The notes: a model not told the origin generated them from the letters alone. A stretch of 64,000 nt of DNA from Macrostomum hystrix (GCA_950097015.1 CATNEN010000001.1:2542001-2606000); one strand, 5' to 3'. Positions 11,217 to 24,843 are shown, numbered from the stretch's first letter. Numbers and translations: made by a program.

Positions 11217-12529
11217 GTCTTACAGTGAAATAAAACAAGTATCGTTTAACCTCTCCTGGAAAAAAAACTAAAAAAATAACATTTCTTCATTTAATTAAAC
11301 TCGTATGTGAATTTTATTGATAATTTCATTTTCATAAGCAGCTGTGCATTTGCCATCTAGCTGTTGAAAATTATTATTTGAATTAAACGCTTGGCTAATG
11401 TCGTAATGCTTTTCTGACGATTAAAAAATGTCACTATTTATGCCATCATTATGTCAATGAACTTTGATTCAAGTAATTAGTCAAATCGCATCTTAAATTC
11501 TATCTTATCATCAAATAAAAAACTACAAATTAAGTTTACTTTTTATGCTAATTTATAAATTTTAATTAAACTTTTCGTAACAGCCTACTCCTTAAAATAA
11601 ATAAAGTAGTGTACTTAAGCAATTTTTTTATCTAAACATTTTTATCCTACAGGCCTTTCAAAACTAATTAGTACCGCGACGAATTTATAGCAATCAAGCA
11701 TCGGAGGTGTGAGATGTACTCTTATCTAGCTTTTGGGATCCTAGTTAAAGAGGCCGATTTCAAAATACTCAAGAAAATCAGGCATCCTAATATAGTAGCT
11801 AGTGGCTCGCAAAGGCGAGTAAATAGGGGGTAAGGAAAATTCCTTTAGGCGGTCGTATTGCAGCGGCAATTATCGAGAAACACGCTATATAAACCGCCAT
11901 AGTTACAATTCCGGATTGAGTAGGTCTCGAGAACATCCAGATTTCCTGCAATTTTTTCATCTGACGCCTTCAACTCATGCACATGCACAACTCACTCACA
12001 CACACACTATGACTTGACTTTCTTCAATACATAAAAGTTAGTTTTACTGACTCTGTGTGTGTGCGGGCGCAAAGTTCTTGCACCGCTGAAATTTTCCTGA
12101 ATTTTTCTACTTCTGGTTTTGCTGCTGCTGCTGCTGAGAAAAAGAACCGTATAGTATAATTAGTGACTTCTTAGATCTCGCACCGGACATGGTGTTTGTA
12201 CACCATAATTAGTGTCTACAACTAATAATCCAACTCGAAAAACCCACCAATTTGTTTTCTGTCTACAATTTATCTGTCTATACTTCAAATGATATTGCTG
12301 AGTTTATTATGCTGATACTGCCACTGTCACATAAGCAAATATTGGGGTACAAAAGTGTCTTCCCGTGTAGGAATAGATTGAATGACGCCTACACAATAAA
12401 TAAAATCTTCCCACGATTTGGGAGTTTTTGCTGTTGCCATCCACTTTCTTACTTTTTACACCTTCCCTTGGCTTCAATTTTCACACTCAGTAAGGTCTCA
12501 CGGCACAGGGCCTCTAGGCCACTGCCTTA

Positions 12530-13040
12530 TTCACTTCATGACACAGTCATTACCCCATTCACTTCATGACACAGTCATTACCCCATTCACTTCATGACAC
12601 AGTCATTACCCCATTCACTTCATGACACAGTCATTACCCCATTCACTTCATGACACAGTCATTACCCCATTCACTTCATGACACAGTCCTTACCTCATTC
12701 ACTTCATGGCACAGCTTCAGGCAGTCATAGCTTCAGGCAGTCATAGCTTCAGGCAGTCATAGCTTCAGGCAGTCATAGCTTCAGGCAGTCATAGCTTCAG
12801 GCAGTCATAGCTTCAGGCAGTCATAGCTTCAGGCAGTCATAGCTTCAGGCAGTCATAGCTTCAGGCAGTCATAGCTTCAGGCAGTCATAGCTTCAAGCAG
12901 TCATAGCTTCAGGCAGTCATAGCTTCAGGCAGTCATAGCTTCAGGCATTCATAGCTTCAGGCAGTCATAGCTTCAGGCAGTCATAGCTTCAAGCAGTCAT
13001 AGCTTCAGGCAGTCATAGCTTCAAGCAGTCATAGCTGCAG
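12530..13040. repeat. Adjacent 28-bp (CACTTCATGACACAGTCATTACCCCATT) and 16-bp (AGCTTCAGGCAGTCAT) minisatellites
   Basis: Direct tandem copies. Confidence 0.93.
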
Positions 13041-13679
13041 TCATTTCATGACACTGAAACTCCACGCAGCTGGGGTTAACCAGGAAATCCGATTTTCCTA
13101 ATCGAAGCAGAATAGCGCAAGCCATTGTATTTTTATAGGGCTAGGTTGGTTTAACAAAGCCCATTGTTTTCCTATTCATGAGTTGTTGGCTTTGGCTTCG
13201 TGACTGACGGAAGCGAAATTAATTTTAGCTATGAAACAATTGTACCTCGCTTTGGCACAATGGCAAAATAAGGAAAAAGTATATATCAAGACGGATACCG
13301 CACTGGGCTAGCCTGTGTTGTTTGAAACAAAAGAAAAATAGAAATCTGAACTTGTAAGCATTATATTCATGCTTGAGAACAATAGCGAAATTGGCATCTG
13401 AAGGATTATCCGGGCAAAAATCTCAGGCCTGATAATACAAAAAATGTGTAGCTTTTTCACGAAAAATTTCAATTCGAAATTTAATTTCACACCATATTGG
13501 CCGCGGTAACCTGGGAATTTCAGCCCTCATGTCTGCGGCTAAAGTGCATACTGATAAGACAGCTCAATCGACTTGAGTACAACCAGGCAGTTTTGAAATC
13601 CAATTGTCTTTCTCTATCAGACCCAGCTTAGTATCCTCTTTCTAATCTAATCTTTCTTATCACATCACTCTGCTGTCAT

Positions 13680-13990
13680 CTCCCTTCATCTTCCTTAATC
13701 TCCCCTATCTCCCTTCATCTTCCTATATCTCCCTTCATCTCCCTTCATCTCAATTCAACTCACTTAATCTCCCTTCAAATCTCTTCATCTCCCTTCATCT
13801 CCCTTCATCTCCCTTCATCTTTATTCATCTCCCATCATCTCCCTTCATCTCACTTTATCTCCCTTCATCTTCCTTCACCTCCCTTCATCTCCCTTCATCT
13901 CCCTTCATCTCCCTTCTTCTCCTTTCATCTCACTTAATCTCCCTTCAACTCCCTTCATCTCCCTTCTTCTCCCTTCATCTCCCTTCATCT
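13680..13990. repeat. 10-bp repeat (CTCCCTTCAT)n
   Basis: Direct tandem copies. Confidence 0.9.
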
Positions 13991-14839
13991 CCGTATATCG
14001 CCCAACATCTCCGAAAATCTTATTTAGCTATCTTTTAGTTTCTTTAAAGCTTTGTTCTTTTACCCAATATCTCCCTACATATACTTTTCTGTAATTTTAT
14101 TTTCCTAATCACTTTCTTTATCTCGCTTCTCTCTTGATTAATCTGTCTCAATCTTATCACGTGCCTCTTTGATCAAATCTTATATTCCCAAATCTAAATT
14201 TCCTTTTTTTTTAATTTTCAAAGCAATTTAGCTTTGTGGCATAATATTGTAGGCTATAGCACTATACGATAAGCTATGGGGTATACTCGATCGTACTCGT
14301 AGTTCTACAACTGAAACGACAATTAGACAAATTTATTATCTGAAAGACAGGAAATTTCTCGTGCAAATCTTCGGCTCGCAAAACAGCCTTTATTTCAGGA
14401 AGATAAAGTCATTCCAGTTGGTTTTAGGTCTAGCTGTGAGAAATGGCATCTGAAACGGCTGTCTGTGACCTGAAAGGACCTTGTACATTGTACTCTTGTA
14501 CATTTGCTGTTTTTGTGGTGTCAAAATCTGTATTTTAGCTGACTTCAGCTCAGCGTGTAGAAAGATTTTGAATTGCCCGATTAGGCAGGTACTTTTATTA
14601 AAAACATGTGGACTCACAGGCGGAAATCAGCGTACTTTCAATTTATTATTTGCCAAAAAAGTTGTGTCTTGGTGAGATGGAGAGATGCAGAGGAGGAAGA
14701 GAGAGGATAGTGGAGAGAACGAGCGAGGGAGAGAGAGGGAGGGAGAGGGAGAGAGGGAGAGAGTAGAGACGACACTGCCCGTTGAATTTCAAAAATCTAA
14801 TGTTCGAATCAATTCCGATATGTATCGAAAAAAAATGAA

Positions 14840-14938
14840 ATCTGGATTCAAACCAAGGCAACTCCAGACGCGTTTCGCTCTTGTTGGAGCTCATCAGTAG
14901 AGTCTAGCCTAGCGCTCTAGCCATTAGGCTATAGGCGC
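14840..14938 (-). mobile_element. Degenerate tRNA-like SINE head fragment
   Basis: Reverse complement has TAGCCTAATGGCTAGAGC (A-box-like) and GGTTTGAATCC (B-box-like). Confidence 0.4.
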
Positions 14939-15059
14939 TTGTTCAAATCCAGCTTTCAATCTCAACATATCGTAATCGATTCGGCAGCGCCCCGCAACTC
15001 AATCCATACTCACTCAACTCCGTGGCACTGACTCGGTCGTACGAGACGCCGGTGCTGGC

Positions 15060-15552
15060 CTGAGAGAGAGGGAGAGAGGGAGAGAGAGGGAGGGAGAGAG
15101 GCAGGGAGAGGAAGAGAGAGGCAGGGAGAGGAAGAGAGAGGCAGGGAGAGGAAGAGAGAGGCAGGGAGAGGAAGAGAGAGGCAGGGAGAGGGAGAGAGGC
15201 AGGGAGAGGGAGAGAGGCAGGGAGAGGAAGAGAGAGGCAGGGAGAGGGAGAGAGGCAGGGAGAGGGAGAGAGGCAGGGAGAGGGAGAGAGGCAGGGAGAG
15301 GGAGAGAGGCAGGGAGAGGAAGAGAGAGGCAGGGAGAGGAAGAGAGAGGCAGGGAGAGGAAGAGAGAGGCAGGGAGAGGAAGAGAGAGGCAGGGAGAGGG
15401 AGAGAGGCAGGGAGAGGGAGAGAGGCAGGGAGAGGAAGAGAGAGGCAGGGAGAGGGAGAGAGGCAGGGAGAGGGAGAGAGGCAGGGAGAGGGAGAGAGGC
15501 AGGGAGAGGGAGAGAGGCAAGGAGAGGGAGAGAGGCAGGGAGAGGGAGAGAG
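15060..15552. repeat. Purine-rich 18/20-bp repeat (GGCAGGGAGAGGGAGAGA)n
   Basis: Direct tandem copies. Confidence 0.93.
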
Positions 15553-16214
15553 AGTAAGTAACGCCTTGAACCAAGTAGGCATTGATACGGAAAAGAAGGA
15601 CGAAATCAATAACAAATTAAATAAAAAAAACAGAATTCTAGATTAAATATTACTATGAACTTTAGTCTTGGTTAAACAAAAAAGCATGCAACCATGAAAG
15701 TACAGAATCGTAGAAAGTTTTGCTAAAACAGTTTTTTAATGCAAGAATATAGACTTTGATTTGCTGAATACTTGCCGAATTCGAAGTTCACAATGTCCGG
15801 TCACGTCTAAGCTTCTCTGAAAGAAATGAGAATTTCTAAGACGATGCGATACACAGAGATGTGAAAGAATCCGAACTACAAAGCGAATAAAATAATGACA
15901 GATAACTTCGGAGGTCAAAGAGGACGTTGCATAGAATGTTTGATTCAAAGACAAAGGGAACGACGAAATCAGAATTCAGAACAATCTTATTCGAGTCTTT
16001 GACATCACAAAGACCAGCCTGGCGAGGGCAGCCATATAGCGGCTGAGTATTCGGCCTGGCACACCCCGTGAGTACCTATAGCTCTGCATACCGGAACTGA
16101 TTCTAAAATGAATAGGTAAAGAATTGTGCCTTCCAGACACGCCAGTCCATGGACTAAACATGCGATATACTATTTATACACACTAGACATTACACATTGG
16201 ATTCTGTACGCAGG

Positions 16215-16415
16215 CATGCGCTCTCACAGGTGTGTACATCTGCCTTGACTTTCTCATCGTCAGGCAGTGTACACTCTCACTGTGCATTGGAGGTTGGCCC
16301 TCGAGGGCGTAAATTGCACGACAAGCCCCCAAGCCTTCTCTCCGCGGTTGTATCCCAAATGAATGCGGCCTCGCCGCGGAATCGAGCTCAGGGACCTTGG
16401 CGCTAGGGGCGAACG
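16215..16415 (-). mobile_element. SINE family A, partial
   Basis: Shares the family A core sequence. Confidence 0.8.
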
Positions 16416-16689
16416 TGCCTGACTTTGTAACTAGTTTGGTCCCTATGGATTTGAGTATAATGATGGAAAAAAGCTGCTGATGATGTCTTACAGACACACA
16501 AGAAAGCTATAATACCTATTGAAACACACCTGCTTTTCACAGAAAACATCCGTTATAAAAAACTGATATTTATATGGTCAAAACATGGCGAGAATTCAAT
16601 TGGGCGAAATATTTTTGAATTCGAACATTTAATCCAAATCGGCAGAATTGCCTCCTCGCTAATAACTGATGGCACCTGCCCCAATTGGG

Positions 16690-17258
16690 CCAGATGTGCA
16701 GCCGCAGCAATTGCGAGTCCATGGACTGCGGAGACTTCACAAACGCCCTCAATTACCCCGAGCTAATGCTTTCCCCATCAAACAGGGGGTCGGTGGCAGA
16801 GCGGTTATCGCGTTTGCCTCTCGCACTAAAGGTCCCTAAGTTCGATTCCATGGCGAGGCCACATTTATTTGAGGCGCAGCCGCGGAGAGAAGGCTTGAGG
16901 GGCAACCTCCAAGACACAGTGAAGTGTACACTGCCTGATGATGAGAAAGTCAGGGCAGATGTACACACCTGTGTGAGCGTATGCCTGCGTACTGTATCTG
17001 TGTGCGTGTGTGCTCAGGAGTCAGCGAAATGGGCAGAATTGCCTCCTCGCTGGCTGCAGGTCTAGTGTCACTAAATGATGTGCCATTGGCCGCAGCCCTC
17101 CTGCAATTATTATTATTATTCCCCATCAAACAGCTCGGTGAGCTAAAGCAATGCGGAATTATGTTTCTTGCCAAACGACAAATTATTCCAGTGGAGTTGC
17201 GAATCGAACCCCCGACCTTTAAGTCGTGAGTCCTAAGCTCTAACCGCTAGGTCGCAAC
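16690..17258 (-). mobile_element. tRNA-derived SINE family C, interrupted by a family A insertion
   Basis: The two halves, joined, match 63208-63415: CCTAGCGGTTAGAG, GGTTCGATTC, GCATTGCTT, GGGGTAATTGA, CAGTCCATGGACT, GCGGCTGCACATCTG. Confidence 0.75.
16786..17118 (+). mobile_element. SINE family A, full length, with 15-bp TSD
   Basis: tRNA-like head (GTGGCAGAGCGG A box; GTTCGATTCC B box), (TTA)n tail, flanked by TTCCCCATCAAACAG at 16771-16785 and 17119-17133. Confidence 0.92.
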
Positions 17259-17714
17259 ATACGAGCCAGTTTTGATAGCCTATAGAAATGAAGAAGAAAG
17301 TTTCTCGGCTACATTCGGGCAATTGCTCCTTCTCTCCACGCCACTTTAGCTAGAGCACTACCCCGAACTGAAAATCGAGAAGGACTTTCTGAAAGTCAAG
17401 ACCAGCTGGCTTGATACACCGGAAAGACACAAAGGAAAGCTACAGGGCGACAAGGCAGAGACCATGTTTAGCATAAATTATTTGCCATACATACTCTTTC
17501 TCAGGTCCACAATTACTTATACACTTTCATGTATTATTAATTTTTTTCTAGAAGTGAGAAGCCGCCATTTAGCAATGCGAAAAAACTGGCAGATATAACA
17601 AAAATTGTTTTTGATTTCTATTTTTTAGTTTTCTAAATAACGTTGAAAAAGAAACTAGACTTTCACTAATCTGTCTATGCAAAACATGTCAAATATAAGT
17701 ATTTTGACAAGTCT

Positions 17715-18357
17715 ATCTCTATCTATCTATCTGCAGGGGGGCCCGGGGCACTTGTCGCACAAGCAACGGAGCGGCACGCCCCCAGACCAGCGAACTAGGC
17801 GCTTAGCGCCCATCGCGCCGCCTCCCCTGAGCAGGCACCACACACAGCAGCACAGACCAGCCGGGGAGGGCAGGAGGCACCCAGAATAGGCAGCAGTGTC
17901 CCCCACCCCCGCCCCACACGTACAGAGCAGACCAAGCCGGGGCGGAAGGCTGATAAGAAATCAGTCCTCAGGGGGGGGCGGTGATGAGTGTACACTTATC
18001 CAATCGCGCTGACGGAAATCCAGAGAGCGCGCGGCGGTGTACACCGCCCTCCAGCCACCCCCCGCAAGGTCTAACCAAAGATTATTTATAGACAACTTGT
18101 CTATAAATAATCTTTGGGTCTAACGCCCCAGCGCCAACGCACACAACTCATACAACGCAGAACAGGCACACAGAAGGTAGGAGCGAAGCTATTATTTCAA
18201 GCTTTGATTGCACGAAATATGGTGCACCTCCGCCGGTCGCTACTGTCCAAACCCCCCCCCAACAAGTCCCGAAATTAATCGTGACTTAAAGGGTGAATCG
18301 AACTAGCGTCCTTTGGAGTGCGAGGCAGCGACGTTAGCCGCTGACCCACTCGCCCCC
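17715..18357 (-). mobile_element. tRNA-derived SINE family B
   Basis: Reverse complement matches 63609-64000; head GGGGGCGAGTGGGTCAGCGG...GTTCGATTC; (AGAT)n tail at ~17715-17732. Confidence 0.85.
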
Positions 18358-19182
18358 TATTTTGACAAGTCACTTATGTTGATTATTTAATTTTGCGACA
18401 AAAGTATGATATCAACAAAGACAAAAATCGCTACATTTTAGCTTCCGTTACTTTTCACGATATCGCTTGTTTTTCAAAGCTTGTTTTTCGCAGATGGAGC
18501 TGATACCGTAAAAAATTACTGTATTACACGAGAACACACATAGATACACATTGCATTAGAACCGCTTAACAGTGCAAAGACCAATGGGGGAATTTAAAAT
18601 ATCCAATTTTCTTCTGCATCTCCTAAATTAATTTTACCAATCGCCTATGTTGTTTTGATTAAATGGTTAATTTTTTCTTTTTTAAGCTAATACGGATTCG
18701 CCATAAATGTTTTTGCAGATCAATGTTCTTTTCATAGGGGCAACAATAGCGTGATCTTTCTACAGACCTATAGACAAGAAACGATAAAAAACTGACATCT
18801 AGTAGTCAGGTAGAAACACGAAAACACATCAGTTTTTTGGTGCTTTTAGACGCAGCTGTACTTAACATATAAATACGATTACAAAATAGCATTTACAACA
18901 CAGAAAAGTGAATTAATGTTACAGTCAAGGATCAATTAGTAGCAATCTAGTTTTCAGTTCTTTCCTAGAACAGAAACTATTTATAAACATAATCCTTTTT
19001 ACTAATCATGGTCCTTGCTAACAGCCTTTAAAGTGTTAGTTAAATAGAGTACTTGAATTTCACGGCGCTTTTGAAAAGTTACATAATCATTTAAATGTCA
19101 ATATTGATCACGACTAAGTGATCATTGAATCCAACAAAACTATCGAATTGAACAACTTGGAGGTCTATTTCACCCTCGATCA

Positions 19183-22100
19183 TCAACGTTCGCCGCCGGC
19201 GCCTCCACCGCCTCCGCCGCCGACGCCGCCGCCGCCACCGCCTCTTCCTCCGCCGCCGACGACCCCAGGTCCATTTGGAGGCTTTGAGAAGGCTTTCCGC
19301 ACATAGTGCTGAAACACCCGACTGAGGCTCCAGTAGAGAAACGGGCATAGGGCGCTGTGGAGATAGATTAGCGCCTGAAAGTAGGGATACACAGCCATGA
19401 GGTGGCTGGTGTGCTCCGACGGGCTGGTTAGTACAAAGTCCTGCAGCAGGATGATCAGATCTTTTGGGAACCAACAGAAAAAGAACAGAGCCACCAGGAC
19501 TACGACAGTCTTCACCGTGCGCTTCTGCAGCTTCCGCGTCTGGTAGGCTGGCGAACGGGACGCTGGCAGAATGTGCTGCTGACGGCTGCCGCTCTGGCCT
19601 CCGCCAACGACTAGGCGAGCCGTGGCCAGCACCGACGTCTGGTTAGTCGTCAGCGGCAGTTCCATGCCGGGTCCGCCTTCGAGGTCCTCCTCTTCAACAG
19701 CTCGCTGACGACTTGCCGCAGAGGTCGGAGGGTTCTTAGTAAGCCTAGTGAACTGGCGAGAGATGAACCTAGCCGTGAATCCGTATGAGAATGTCAGCAC
19801 AATGCAAGGCGTCAGGAACAGCAGCAGCAGCAGGTAGGCTGAGTAGGCCTTCTGGCCCAGGCTATTGCTGCGGTCCTCAGAGCAGACATAGTACACATAA
19901 TCCGTGGCGTTGCCGCCAAGTCCGGGAACTGGCACTGCGGCCAGCTTGAAGGCGAACAGCGCCGGCAGCGAAACAACCAGGGCACTCAGCCAGGTGCCAA
20001 TCACTAGGAGGCGGAGACCTCGGTTGGACGTCTGCGTTGGCGGTATCATCAGAGCGCTTTGGCGGGCTCGCAGAATCGCAATGGAAGCCAGCGAGAAGCT
20101 GTTGACGCTGAGCGCTAGGCCTGGAAATAGGAGAATTTGACATTTCGAGCTCTCAAGTCTACTACAAGAAGTCGACGTCGAGATTGACTAAGCTAGGTTT
20201 ACAACTCAGCTAAAGTTAACGAAAAATGTGAAAACCGAGTAAGGTCGGCATCGTGACGTACAAGACTGCTCGTCGGGTTCTGCTACGTGACTTTGCTAGA
20301 AATTTTTTGATGATTTATCCTCTCGATTCGAATTCTCCCACAACTTGAAGTACTTTTGATAGAAACCCTCTCAGAGTCGTTCAGTCGCATTCGATTTTTC
20401 GGTTAGGAACTAGATTTTCAACTTCAGCAGCATTGCTGCAGCTGGGTTGTGTGTCACATTGAGTCACGTGATATTACTTTTTCAAGGTAAATTCTGATTC
20501 ATTACATAGTCAGTCACCACACTTTTTTCAGCAATTCAATTTTCCATGCCCGATGCTCCCTACACTTTGTCAAGCTCAGCCCAGCCTCGCGACTTTGCGG
20601 CGATTCCATCTTCCATGCACATACACTCTGTAGTTTGTCAAGGTCAGTCACGTGACTTTGCGGGAATTCAATCTTCCATGCCCGCTTCGCTCTACAGTTT
20701 TTCAAGGTCAGTCACGTGACTTTGCGGTAAATCAATCTTCCATGTCCATACACTTTACATTTTTGTCAAGGTCAGTCACGTGACTTTGCGGCAATTGAAT
20801 CTTCCATGCCCCCCTTGTCTTGTCATGTACAGTTTGTCATGTGACATGTGACCGGCAAAACACGAGCGCCCAGCGCTTTGCAATTAATACTACCGAGAAA
20901 ATTAGGTAAACAAAAACAAAAAAAACAACCTGTCAAGACAATCAGACGAATCCCAGTGGGACGCTTGCAGGCTTCCAGGCCAATCCAGGACAAATCGAAC
21001 GCCGCCTAATTTGATAGCTCTGCTACACTTGGTTTCTAGTCACACTTTAAGGCCACAAGGGAAATGAAAGCAAATCCCAAACAACCGGAAAGTAGGCATG
21101 CAGTTTTCTCTCTATCTGTCTCTCCATTTTCTGTTGCATGAATTTACCTGCAATATCTTGGCGGCTCAATATATCGTCGAGGAAGAGAAAAATGATAGCT
21201 GCTACATAAAAGGGCCCATAATAAACGGCAGACACACATCGCAAAACGCCAGCTAGTGACAGAGGACACAAGTCCTGCTAATTAGTGACAGTCTCCAGCC
21301 AATTATTTAGCGTGTCACCTCTAGCTGCGTTGTTGATTGACTTGCTAAAGTGTGTGCATTGAATAGCTGGCCTATCTCAATCAATAATGCATCGCGCAAG
21401 GCCTTTAACTAGCTCCACTTTTTTCAGTTCACACAAATTTCTTAAATTCTGTTTCTCAAACAGACTATTTTCGGATGCAGTTGTCGACTTGACCGCAGAC
21501 AGAACTGGCGAGGTTTAAATTTAGCAACTCTATATCTAGTGTGGTAACAGGCGAGATTTAGTAGGGCCTATTTGAATAGGCTTCCCAGACTAGAGTTGGT
21601 CCTAGTCTCAAGTATTGGAACTAGTATCTCTTAAATTGGTACTTGTCTATCTGGAAACAGTACTAGTCTCTCTTGAACTGGTACTATTCTCTCCTGAATT
21701 GGTACTAGTCACTCTGGAAATGGTACTAGTCTCTGGAAACGGTACTAGTCTCTGGAAACGGTACTAGTCTCTGGAAATGGTACTAGTCTCTGGAAATGGT
21801 ACTAGTCTCTGCGAATGGTACTAGTCTCTGGAAATGGTACTAGCCTCTGGAAATGGTACTAGTCTCTGGGAATGGTACTAGTCTATGGAAATGGTACTAG
21901 TCTCTGGGAATGGTACTAGTCTCTGGAAATGGTACTAGTCTCTGGGAATGGTACTAGTCTCTGGGAATGGTACTAGTCTCTGGAAATGGTACTAGCCTCT
22001 GGAAATGGTACTAGTCTCTGGGAATGGTACTAGTCTATGGAAATGGTACTAGTCTCTGGGAATGGTACTAGTCTCTGGAAATGGTACTAGTCTCTGGGAA

Positions 22101-23635
22101 TGGTACTAGTCTCTATTGAAATGGTACTAGTCTCTGGAAATGGTACTAGTCTCTGGGAATGGTACTAGTCTCTATTGAAATGGTACTAGTCTCTATTGAA
22201 ATGGTACTAGTCTCTGGGAATGGTACTAGTCTCTATTGAAATGGTACTAGTCTCTGGGAATGGTACTAGTCTCTATTGAAATGGTACTAGTCTCTGGGAA
22301 TGGTACTAGTCTCTATTGAAATGGTACTAGTCTCTATTGAAATGGTACTAGTCTCTGGGAATGGTACTAGTCTCTATTGAAATGGTACTAGTCTCTATTG
22401 AAATGGTACTAGTCTCTATTGAAATGGTACTAGTCTCTGGGAATGGTACTAGTCTCTATTGAAATGGTACTAGTCTCTGGGAATGGTACTAGTCTCTGGG
22501 AATGGTACTAGTCTCTGGAAATGGTACTAGTCTCTGGGAATGGTACTAGTCTCTGGGAATGGTACTAGTCTCTGGGAATGGTACTAGTCTCTATTGAAAT
22601 GGTACTAGTCTCTGGAAATGGTACTAGTCTCGCTGGAAATGGTACTAGTCTCGCTAGAAATGGTACTAGTCTCTGGGAATGGTACTAGTCTCTATTGAAA
22701 TGTTACTAGTCTCTGGGAATGGTACTAGTCTCTGGAAATGGTACTAGTCTCGCTAGAAATGGTACTAGTCTATCTGGAAATGGTACTAGTCTCTGGAAAT
22801 GGTACTAATCTCTGGAAATGGTACTAGTCTCTGGAAATGGCACTAGTCGCTGGAAATGGCACTAGTCTCTGGAAATGGTACTAGTCTCGCTGGAAATGGT
22901 ACTAGTCTCGCTAGAAATGGTACTAGTCTATCTGGAAATGGTACTAGTCTCTCTGTAAATGGTACTAGTCTCTCTGGAAATGGTACTAGTCTCGCTGGAA
23001 ATGGTACTAGTCTCTCTGGAAATGGTACTAGTCTCGCTGGAAATGGTACTAGTCTATCTGGAAATGGCACTAGTCTCTGGAAATGGTACTAGTCTCGCTG
23101 GAAATGGTACTAGTCTCTGGAAATGGTACTAGTCTCGCTGGAAATGGTACTAGTCTATCTGGAAATGGTACTAGTTTCTCTAGAATTGGTACTTGTATCT
23201 AGAATTGGGACTGATCTCTAAAACTACTAAAAGGTTCATTGAGTTTGCACGATAAGTAATTTTAGTTCGAAAAGCCGAATTGTTGATAAAATCAAGACTC
23301 CGCAGGAAGTGCTCACCTTCGATAAAGGTGACTAGCCTGCAGCCAGCCAGACCGAATCGCCATGTCATGTAGAACACTCGGACCATTGACACTGGCAGGC
23401 AGGTGCAAGTCACTAATAAGTTGGAACCAGCCAAGCTCATCATTATGTACGAGATGTGCCGTCTCAGGCCTCTATAACGGAAGCTAAGAAATAAAAAAAG
23501 GCCATTTCCGCCTAGAGACAGCACCGCTATCACCGAATAGATTGTGACGAGTGATATGACAGAGCCGCTGAGCTCTCGCCTGCCGTACAGTTGATTGTGC
23601 AGCATCTGCATCAGCAGCTGCTGGGTGAAGTTCAT
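19183..23635 (-). CDS. Class A (rhodopsin-type) peptide GPCR, 418 aa
   Basis: Exons 23635-23317 and 20120-19183 (phase 1 intron). Motifs: GN in TM1, LAxxN in TM2, WxFGxxxC, TM4 W, ECL2 C, FFFCWFP, CPFLY. A probable 5'UTR exon ends at 24330 (donor GTAAGT; in-frame stop upstream). Confidence 0.9.
20520..20830. repeat. Degenerate ~63-bp tandem repeat containing GTCACGTGAC
   Basis: 4-5 diverged copies of GTCAAGGTCAGTCACGTGACTTTGCGG...TCTTCCATG. Confidence 0.7.
21690..23190. repeat. 19-21-bp minisatellite (GAAATGGTACTAGTCTCTG)n in the GPCR intron
   Basis: Direct tandem copies. Confidence 0.95.
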
Positions 23636-23699
23636 CCTGAGGAGAATGAGTCAGATATTGCTAGATATGCGTGTTAGACATCAGCAATAGACACTGGGC

Positions 23700-24140
23700 T
23701 GTTAGACACTGGTGTCACCTGTTAGATAGGAATCATCTAGACTGTTAGACACTGGTGTCACCTGTTAGATAGGAATCATCTAGACTGTTAGACACTGGTG
23801 TCACCTGTTAGATTGGAATCATCTAGACTGTTAGACACTGGTGTCACCTGTTAGATAGGAATCATCTAGACTGTTAGACACAGGTGTCACCTGTTAGATA
23901 GGAATCATCTAGACTATTAGACACTGGTGTCACCTGTTAGATAGGAATCATCTAGACTGTTAGACACTGGTGTCACCTGTTAGATAGGAATCATCTAGAC
24001 TGTTAGACACTGGTGTCACCTGTTAGATAGGAATCATCTAGACTGTTAGACACTGGTGTCACCTGTTAGATAGGAATCATCTATACTGTTAGACACTGGT
24101 GTAACCTGTTAGATAGGAATCATCTAAACTGTAAGACACT
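23700..24140. repeat. 43-bp minisatellite
   Basis: (GTTAGACACTGGTGTCACCTGTTAGATAGGAATCATCTAGACT) about 10 copies. Confidence 0.93.
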
Positions 24141-24624
24141 AAGGTCCCCTGTTACCAGGACCCTAGTTAGTCATTGTTGGAAAATTAAAAGTACAAAATC
24201 GGAAGAAAAAAAGTGAATTTTTGCTTGGAAAGTTGCAAGATTTCTTCCAGAGCTATCAGAAGTGACCTTTTTACAAGGGTATATAAATGCGGAACATTTT
24301 GTTCTGATCACCAACCAACTTATACTTACCTGTCAATCAAAAACGGTTGTAGAAGCTAAAACTAAATTTGCTAGTTCAGAATCCTCTGCTGCAGCGGCTT
24401 AGATTAAAGTCGAGAAGAAAATTTATCGGCTGGGCCAAAATCCTGTTCGTTGTGCGGTCTGAGGAAGATTTTTCTGCAACCCGTTACGTTAATTTCTATC
24501 CGAGGCAAGTTCGCCTGAAAGCAAGCAATGCGATCTCATTGGCTAACACTGAACGGTGACCAATAGAAGTCTTATGTGGACTGCTTCCAGGCATTAAATT
24601 GTCTTAGAGGGGCCTTATTAACTC

Positions 24625-24625
24625 A

Positions 24626-24691
<66 letters not shown>

Positions 24692-24693
24692 CC

Positions 24694-24735
<42 letters not shown>

Positions 24736-24748
24736 CCCTTACTTACTG

Positions 24749-24791
<43 letters not shown>

Positions 24792-24800
24792 CCCTTACTG

Positions 24801-24843
<43 letters not shown>

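Noticed and set aside
16935-16955. CTGAYGA...GAAA resembling a hammerhead ribozyme core
   Set aside because: Only 3 nt lie between the boxes (no stem II) and there is no stem III; a simple hairpin explains it.
17041-17065. GCCTCCTCGCTGGC in SINE A is identical to the HDV ribozyme P3-L3-P3
   Set aside because: No upstream P1 partner, no GG for P1.1 and no P4/J4-2/P2 completion could be found; the following bases pair downstream instead.
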